NCBI GenBank assembly: GCA_016840855.1
Contig: JAEORO010000198.1
Location: 1 to 44,497 of the forward strand
Direction of reading: 5' to 3'
Origin: Candidatus Thorarchaeota archaeon
GTDB lineage: Archaea; Asgardarchaeota; Thorarchaeia; Thorarchaeales; Thorarchaeaceae
DNA: 44,497 bases
Position numbers and translations under genes: made by a program. The notes under the pieces are model-generated. The model was not told the DNA's origin. It did not search any database and was given only the letters and a program-made list of their open reading frames with translations. Of this stretch, positions 38,085 through 44,497 are shown in pieces (positions within the stretch are counted from its first letter, which is position 1; every line of letters begins with the position of its first letter).

Positions 38085-38235
38085 CGGGTGTGCTACCCCT
38101 CACATGCTACATATGAATCTTGTGAGCAATCTTGTATGTTGATAGAATACACCTGATTTGATTCGGTAGAATCTCTTCATGGCCTTTCTTTTTTGTTCCA
38201 TAGCTGAAAAATCAAACAATTAATGATAATATTAG

Positions 38236-38369
38236 GTAATGATTACAATATGTAATAGTTTGATTACAAAAAGTAACTCTAATGCACAATTGGAAACATC
38301 AAGTAATCATTAGAATTATTATGAATAAGTGCAATACATTATGATAAGCTTACAATGTGTAACCATTAC
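38236..38369. promoter_or_regulatory. Array of GTAA/TTAC palindromes (candidate operator)
   Basis: TTACAA-N3-GTAA at 38243, 38264 and 38350; GTAA-N3-TTAC at 38236 and 38359, and at 38303 with one mismatch. Confidence 0.55.
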
Positions 38370-38394
38370 CAATTAAGTGTGGAGGAGTGATTAC

Positions 38395-39207
38395 TTGTCA
38401 AAGGCTTTCTCTGTGGCTTCTTGGAATGTGAAACATTTCAAATCCCCGCAAGCGCGAGCTGACAGAGCAGTTGGGTTTCTTCGCAAACAAGATGCAGACA
38501 TAATAGCTTTGTATGAAGTGTTTGGGAAGGACGTTTTTTCTGAGATGGTAAAACAATTTCCTGGGTACTCATTTCATATAACTGAAGGAAAACAATCACA
38601 GCAGATTCTTGTTGGTATTAGGAATTCTCTTGATTCCTTCACGACTCAAAAGCTTGAGTTCACTTCTGGAACCACTCATGTCAGCCCAGGTCTTCTGGTA
38701 ACAGTAATTCACGAAGGAAGTCTCTATCCTATGCTTTTCATGAACATAGATAGTACACCCACCATTCAAGGAATGGGTCTTCGTCACGAGATGATGCTCA
38801 GAGCATTCAAGTATCGCGGACGTTTAGACAAACTTGCATGGGAGCAGGGAGATGCTAAAGTGAATTACATCTTTCTTGGAGACCTCGAGATCATGGGAAT
38901 GAATCATCCTTACGGGCGGAGTATTGATGGTGAAACCGAGCTTCGAAAGTGGGATGATGATGAATGTAAGAAATACAACATGCGCCGGTTAAAGAAGTCA
39001 CATCACCTCACATACAGAAGCTGCAATGGTACCCACGAGGGGGACTATGATCAAGTCTATGTTGCTGAACACCTGAAGTTCACGAAATTTGGCGAATCCG
39101 AAGTGGATGTTAGGGGTTGGATTACAGAACCAGAAAATGCGCAAAAAGAATGGCGAGAGAAATATTCACCACATTCCCTGATTTACTTTGAAGTGAAAAA
39201 GGTTTGA
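38395..39207 (+). CDS. Exonuclease/endonuclease/phosphatase (EEP) family protein, catalytically degenerate
   Basis: VASWNV, DIIALYEV, FLGDLE, YDQV, YSPHSLI; TTG start after GGAGGAG. Confidence 0.8.
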   Translation: MSKAFSVASWNVKHFKSPQARADRAVGFLRKQDADIIALYEVFGKDVFSEMVKQFPGYSFHITEGKQSQQILVGIRNSLDSFTTQKLEFTSGTTHVSPGLLVTVIHEGSLYPMLFMNIDSTPTIQGMGLRHEMMLRAFKYRGRLDKLAWEQGDAKVNYIFLGDLEIMGMNHPYGRSIDGETELRKWDDDECKKYNMRRLKKSHHLTYRSCNGTHEGDYDQVYVAEHLKFTKFGESEVDVRGWITEPENAQKEWREKYSPHSLIYFEVKKV

Positions 39208-39660
39208 TGGTAAAAAGAATTGAATTTACCGTTTAGTTATTCCTCTTGACAACCATTATACTATTCAATTTGCTTTATATCAAACATGTACTTGATATAA
39301 ATTATTAAATAATTATATAAATTTATTAATCTATAATTTACAATAATATTTATTATTAAAACATAGTTCTAACATTTTAATTGTTTGTATATTCTTTATA
39401 CTTATAAAACATCTATTTGACTATATAAAATCATATAGAAATCGAAATTAAGTAAAAATTAACTAATTATTATATTTATTAGTACGTTATCTATGTTAAA
39501 TATGTCAAATAGATATTATAAATTATAAAGGGAATATATAATAATATATTTAGACCAATTTAGATATATATATAATAATTCATTAAATATTTTATAGTAT
39601 AAAAAAATGTTGCACTAAATAGCTCTTATGATATTTAGCTAAAGAAACTCCAAAAGAAAT
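39208..39660. other. Very AT-rich non-coding spacer
   Basis: About 450 bp, visibly far more AT-rich than the flanks (roughly 80%), with no ORF in the track. Confidence 0.85.
39386..39540. repeat. Long imperfect inverted repeat
   Basis: Arms 39386-39421 and 39504-39540 with a perfect 11-bp core ATCTATTTGAC/GTCAAATAGAT. Confidence 0.7.
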
Positions 39661-39708
39661 ATAGGCGAGTGAAGGTAGGTATCTTCGCTTCCAAATTAAG
39701 GGAGAGGG

Positions 39709-42700
39709 ATGCATAAATTGAAGAAAAGAGCCATCTTAGCGATAGCTATATTCTTGGCTGTTTTTATGGTAACAAGTGCAGGTTCTGCACCATATTTTAT
39801 CACACCAGTAAATTCAGTCAGATCTTTTGAAATTGTTGATAATATGTATACAGCCTCTGAGGCTGTGATATGGACCGATAAGCCTGACTATCTACCAGGA
39901 GAAATAGTCACGATATTTGGTTCAGGATTTCTTGCAGATTCGACCATTGAGATAAATGTGACTCGTCCTGATGCAACAATTGACAAAGATGTTGCACCCA
40001 CTAATGGTACTGGGTGTTTTGAGTATTATTATGATCTTGATGGAATTATAGGTCAATACAATGTCACAGCAACTGATGGAATTTCGGTTGCAGCCACATT
40101 TTTCACCGATGGACTCCATGTAGATTTCAGTCAATATGCAAACATTGCTGATCAATGGACTGGAGCAATTTTAGGAAGTTCCAACTCCTTATACTTTGAA
40201 GGAAGGTCAGTTCCACAACGAGTAGCTTTTGTTGATATTTTTGCTACAACAGGAAATGAGCATTGTTTGACCTTCTCACACATGGCAACTAAGGGCGGAA
40301 TACATGCATATGATTGGCTAACAGGATGGAACCAAGGAAATGAACCTCCATTGGATTTCAATCCTTGGGGTGAAGAAATAGGTCCGCATGTGACATCTCA
40401 AATCTGTGAAGATCTATACAATTCTGAATACTATATCTTTGTGGATGTTCCAGATGATAGCTTCACTAGCATGAGTTACGAGGGCAGTGGAAGCTATCAA
40501 GACAGGATAGATGCATATGAAGCAGTAAATGGGAATCGACAAATAAAAATCAGTGGGAATGCGGAAATCAGCTCCGCGTCTTTCACATCCTTCTCTCATA
40601 ACCCACTGAGTGATGACACTGGTGATTCCGATATCGAATACGAACTAACTTGGGTTTCTGCATCTGACCAGATATTGATACAAATGGGTGGACATCTTGC
40701 TGTTTCAGGAAATCCAACTGGTAATCCTGTTGCTTGGGGAACAGGTCTTGGAGCAAGCGTGATATCAGGTGGCTCTTATCACTTTAAGCTCAAACAACTA
40801 GATTGTTACTCTCTCGGGTCTCAAGACAATCAAATTAAGGGTGAAGCAATTGTACCAGCAGAAGCAGATCTTGGAATTGTGAAAACCGGACCTGCATCAG
40901 CTGAGGTTGGGGATGAAATTACCTATGAATTCGAAGTCACCAACTATGGACCTGGTGATGCTCTAAATGTTATAGCTACAGATAATCTACTTGGGTCAAT
41001 AACGCTGTCTGGCCTTACTGATGAAGATGGAGATGGTTTTGCTGATGATCTTGCTTTCGATGCAATTGCAACTGGTACTGCTACCCATATTATCCCTATA
41101 CCAGGAAACGATCCCATAGTAGATACAGTCTTGGTTGAATCATCAACCCTAGATAGTAATACTGAGAATAATCAAGACAGTCATGAAGTTGATGTGCTTC
41201 GAACTGGAGTTTCTATACAGAAGATAGGTCCTACATCAGCAGAGGTTGGAGAACTTATCACATATACGATTACAGTGACCAATACTGGTGAGGTTGACTT
41301 GTATATCACCTCTCTCAATGATAATCTTCTTGGAGATTTAGCTAGCTTCATTAGCGATGGAGTCATTACATTATTAGAGGGCTCAGAAACATTTGATGTC
41401 ACATATACTGTTATGTCCAGTGACCTTGATCCATTGCCAAATGAGGTCACTGTTCACGTAGAAAATCAGTTTGAATGTGATCCAAAAACTGATTCGGCTA
41501 GTTGGGAGGTGGATATTCTTCATCCAGTTATCAGTTTAACAAAAACTGCTACCGATGGATTTGGTTTTGAGATATTTGAAGCCTATATTGGGGATACGAT
41601 TACCTATGTGTTTAAGGTCGAGAATACTGGTGATGTTGATCTAACAGATATCATCCTTTCTGATATTACAGCTATTTGTGATGGTGCGCTGATTCGAGGT
41701 CCTGATGAATTTGGAGATAATGATGATATCCTTGAACCTGGTGAAATTTGGATCTACACCTGCACGCACGTTGTCACACTTACCGACCCAGACCCACTTC
41801 CTAATGTTGCTTCAGTCGAGGGTACTTATGCTCCTGGTAAAACTGTCGACGACACTGATGATGCGACTGTAGATATCCTGCACTATGCAGGCACTCTCCA
41901 CGTCGACAAGACAGGTCCAGCTGAGGTCAATCATGGTGAAACGGTATTCTACTATGTCTATGTATGGTACACAAGTTCAGATGGATCACCAGCTCAGAAC
42001 GTTTTGGTCACTGATAATCACTACACCTTAACCTTTGACGCGGCGAGCGATGATGACAGTGATGGGCAGCTCGATGTTGGCGAAATTTGGATCTACTATG
42101 TAGAGGTGACTATTGCAGATCATTTTGACGGTGAGGAGGACCCAATAGTTAACATTGCCACAGCTTCAGGAGAGGATCTTGATGGTGACCCAGTGGGTCC
42201 GGTGTCTGACAGTGTTTCAACAAATATTCTGCACTATGAAGGCACTCTCCACATTGACAAGTACGGACCGGAAACAGTCTATCACGGTGACACGGTAACA
42301 TACATAGTAGAAGTGTGGTACACCAGTCCTGACAACTCCCCAGCTCAGAACGTCATAGTTACTGATGACCACTACACGCTGGTCTTCATGAGTGGCGATC
42401 TTGACTCAGACAACCTGCTGGATGTGGGAGAGGTCTGGGTCTATCAAGCCACGGTGACCATTTTAGCTCACGATGACCTTGAGGAGGACCCGATAGTCAA
42501 CATAGCAGACGCCACTGGTCAAGACCTAGATAGTGATGCTTTGGCACAAGTTCAGGACAGTTGGACAACAGATATTCTACATGCAGAGGGCACTCTAACT
42601 GTTGTGAAGACCGGTCCTGTCGCCGCATTCCATAATGACCCGGTGACATACACAATTGAGGTGACTTATTCGAGTCCAGATGACTCACCAGCTACTAATG

Positions 42701-44497
42701 TGGAGGTCTTAGATGACCATTACGGACCGGCGACCTATGTAAGTGGGGACTTTGATGGAGATGGATGTCTTGATGTGGATGAAACTTGGGTCTTCCAGGT
42801 GTTTGGTTTCATTGTAGACATTCATGATTATGAAGAAGAAGACCCAATAATCAACACAGCCACTGCGACTGGTCAAGACCTTGATGGTGACGCTGTGACT
42901 CCTGTGTTTGACACATGGGTGACAGACATTCTACACCGAGAGGGCACTCTGACAGTAATGAAGACAGGGCCAGAAACAGCTTATCATGGTGACTCTGTGA
43001 TTTTCTACGTGGATGTGACCTATTCTAGTGACGATGGGTCTCCAGCCCAAAATATTGTGGTCACAGACGACAAGTACACCACCGTGACCCGTGTCCGGAT
43101 TGGTGACGATGATGATGGTGACGCATTACTCGAGCTTGGTGAAGTCTGGCACTACGAGGTATCAGGTACTATTCCAGCCATGCATGTTGAAGGAGAAGAG
43201 GACCCCATAGTCAACACAGCCACTGCGACTGGTCAAGATCTTGATGGCGATACTGTGAATCCTGGGTCTGACACATGGACCACAGACATCTTGCACCGAG
43301 AGGGCACTCTGACAGTGGTGAAGACAGGGCCAGAAACAGCTTATCATGGTGACTCTATGACTTACTATGTAGAGGTGACCTATTCTAGTGACGATGGATC
43401 TCCAGCGCAAAATATTGAGGTCACAGATGACAAGTACGCTATAGTGACTCGTGTGGATATTGGTCTAGAGGATGATAGCGATCTACTCCTCGAGCCTGGT
43501 GAAGTCTGGTACTACGAAGTGTCCGGTACTATCGGAGCTCATGTTGAGGGAGAAGAAGATCCAATTGTCAACACTGCTACTGCGACTGGACAGGACCTTG
43601 ATGGCGATGCAGTGACTCCTGGGTCTGATGACCATTCGACAGACATCTTACACACTGAAGGCACTCTGACAGTGGTGAAGACTGGGCCAGAAACAGCTTA
43701 TCATGGAGCATCAGTGACCTATGAGGTTGCTGTGACTTATACAAGTGTTGATGGGTCTCCAGCTCAGAACATTGTGGTCACTGATGATGAGTATGCCACA
43801 GTAATACGTGTACGAGTTGGTGATAATGATGATGGTGACGCATTCCTCGAATTTGGGGAGATTTGGTACTACGAAGTGTCAGGTACTATTGGAGTCCACG
43901 ACGACGATGAAGAAGACCCAATTGTCAACATTGTTACAGCTACAGGTAAAGATCTTGATGGCGATGCAGTGACTCCTGGATCTGATGACCATTCGACAGA
44001 CATTTTGCACACTGAAGGCACTCTAACAGTAGTGAAAACCGGACCAGAAGCAGCTTATCATGGTGACTCTGTGACCTATTATGTGGATGTAACTTACTGG
44101 AGTTCTGATGGCTCACCAGCTGTTGATATTCATTTAACAGATGACCACTATACTGCGGTAATCTTCACTGGCGGGGATGCTGATGGAGATGGGTATCTTG
44201 ATGTGGATGAGATTTGGCACTATGAAGTGTCAGGTATGATTGAAACTATGCATGTTGAGGGAGAAGAAGACCCAATTGTCAACTTTGCTACAGCTACAGG
44301 TCAAGATCTTGATGGAGATGAAGTGACTCCTGGGTCTGACACATGGACTACAAATATCCTCCACCGAGAAGGCACTCTGACAGTGGTGAAGACCGGGCCA
44401 GAAACAGCTTATCACGGTGACTCTGTGACTTACTACGTGGATGTGACCTATTCTAGTGACGATGGGTCCCCAGCCCAAAACATTGAGGTCACCGATA
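39709..44497 (+). CDS. Giant secreted DUF11-like repeat surface protein/adhesin (partial, >1590 aa; absent from ORF track)
   Basis: Open frame from ATG 39709 (or TTG 39718) to the window end. Signal peptide KKRAILAIAIFLAVFMVTSAGSA; TDKPDYLPGEIVTIFGSGF Ig-like domain; a ~250-aa unique domain; then repeats such as ADLGIVKTGP...GDEITY...VTN.G. Confidence 0.92.
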   Translation, partial: MHKLKKRAILAIAIFLAVFMVTSAGSAPYFITPVNSVRSFEIVDNMYTASEAVIWTDKPDYLPGEIVTIFGSGFLADSTIEINVTRPDATIDKDVAPTNGTGCFEYYYDLDGIIGQYNVTATDGISVAATFFTDGLHVDFSQYANIADQWTGAILGSSNSLYFEGRSVPQRVAFVDIFATTGNEHCLTFSHMATKGGIHAYDWLTGWNQGNEPPLDFNPWGEEIGPHVTSQICEDLYNSEYYIFVDVPDDSFTSMSYEGSGSYQDRIDAYEAVNGNRQIKISGNAEISSASFTSFSHNPLSDDTGDSDIEYELTWVSASDQILIQMGGHLAVSGNPTGNPVAWGTGLGASVISGGSYHFKLKQLDCYSLGSQDNQIKGEAIVPAEADLGIVKTGPASAEVGDEITYEFEVTNYGPGDALNVIATDNLLGSITLSGLTDEDGDGFADDLAFDAIATGTATHIIPIPGNDPIVDTVLVESSTLDSNTENNQDSHEVDVLRTGVSIQKIGPTSAEVGELITYTITVTNTGEVDLYITSLNDNLLGDLASFISDGVITLLEGSETFDVTYTVMSSDLDPLPNEVTVHVENQFECDPKTDSASWEVDILHPVISLTKTATDGFGFEIFEAYIGDTITYVFKVENTGDVDLTDIILSDITAICDGALIRGPDEFGDNDDILEPGEIWIYTCTHVVTLTDPDPLPNVASVEGTYAPGKTVDDTDDATVDILHYAGTLHVDKTGPAEVNHGETVFYYVYVWYTSSDGSPAQNVLVTDNHYTLTFDAASDDDSDGQLDVGEIWIYYVEVTIADHFDGEEDPIVNIATASGEDLDGDPVGPVSDSVSTNILHYEGTLHIDKYGPETVYHGDTVTYIVEVWYTSPDNSPAQNVIVTDDHYTLVFMSGDLDSDNLLDVGEVWVYQATVTILAHDDLEEDPIVNIADATGQDLDSDALAQVQDSWTTDILHAEGTLTVVKTGPVAAFHNDPVTYTIEVTYSSPDDSPATNVEVLDDHYGPATYVSGDFDGDGCLDVDETWVFQVFGFIVDIHDYEEEDPIINTATATGQDLDGDAVTPVFDTWVTDILHREGTLTVMKTGPETAYHGDSVIFYVDVTYSSDDGSPAQNIVVTDDKYTTVTRVRIGDDDDGDALLELGEVWHYEVSGTIPAMHVEGEEDPIVNTATATGQDLDGDTVNPGSDTWTTDILHREGTLTVVKTGPETAYHGDSMTYYVEVTYSSDDGSPAQNIEVTDDKYAIVTRVDIGLEDDSDLLLEPGEVWYYEVSGTIGAHVEGEEDPIVNTATATGQDLDGDAVTPGSDDHSTDILHTEGTLTVVKTGPETAYHGASVTYEVAVTYTSVDGSPAQNIVVTDDEYATVIRVRVGDNDDGDAFLEFGEIWYYEVSGTIGVHDDDEEDPIVNIVTATGKDLDGDAVTPGSDDHSTDILHTEGTLTVVKTGPEAAYHGDSVTYYVDVTYWSSDGSPAVDIHLTDDHYTAVIFTGGDADGDGYLDVDEIWHYEVSGMIETMHVEGEEDPIVNFATATGQDLDGDEVTPGSDTWTTNILHREGTLTVVKTGPETAYHGDSVTYYVDVTYSSDDGSPAQNIEVTD
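41890..44497 (+). repeat. Tandem intragenic repeats of 348-360 nt (7 complete + 1 partial)
   Basis: GGCACTCT unit starts at 41890, 42241, 42589, 42943, 43303, 43660, 44017 and 44371. Each encodes GTL.V.KTGP..A.HG...Y...DGSPA.N..VTDD...E.W.Y...EEDPIVN.ATATGQDLDGD. Confidence 0.92.

Noticed and set aside
39208-39660. AT-rich region as a replication origin
   Set aside because: No ORB-like TCCA..GGA/G-string boxes recognised and no cdc6/orc1 gene in the window.
39668-39690. Small hairpin before the RBS of the giant gene
   Set aside because: It relies on several G:U pairs and is too weak to call without comparative data.
39922-44478. Short minus-strand ORFs in the track (39922, 40152, 40414, 41181, 42497, 43162, 44230)
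   Set aside because: Antisense shadows of the giant plus-strand CDS; the similarity between 43162 and 44230 just mirrors the repeats.
41890-44497. Periodic repeats as a CRISPR array or DGR template/variable repeats
   Set aside because: The period is ~350 nt and always a multiple of 3 within one ORF; differences are not adenine-specific; there is no cas or reverse transcriptase gene.

Overview
Gene-dense chromosomal window from an archaeon, roughly 40% GC by eye. It is most likely an Asgard archaeon (Thorarchaeia-like, an inference), given a longin/small-GTPase/winged-helix fusion, a Sec11-type signal peptidase, GGAGG/GGTGA-type RBSs and frequent TTG/GTG starts. Most genes are housekeeping or metabolic: GNATs, a VOC protein, nadA, ppa, kbl, pirin, ggt, aspA, CaCA and Na/Pi transporters, and a beta-CASP nuclease. 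I saw no rRNA, tRNA, CRISPR array or transposase. Items worth follow-up: (1) a tandem paralogue pair at 9262-13029 with longin-GTPase-longin-2xwHTH architecture, in which one copy is an intact Arf/Rab-like GTPase and the other a pseudo-GTPase; (2) a very divergent RtcB-like protein next to an HD hydrolase; (3) an NAD-kinase-wHTH fusion with an altered GGDG motif and a probable ACG start, divergent from nadA; (4) an orphan m6A plus circularly permuted m5C methyltransferase pair of the Alw26I/Eco31I/Esp3I type; (5) a catalytically degenerate EEP protein divergent from the Na/Pi transporter across an array of TTAC-N5-GTAA palindromes; (6) an AT-rich spacer with a long imperfect inverted repeat, followed by a giant (>1590 aa) DUF11-like repeat surface protein that the ORF track missed because it runs off the window. 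All family calls come from motif recognition by eye; no database searches were run.
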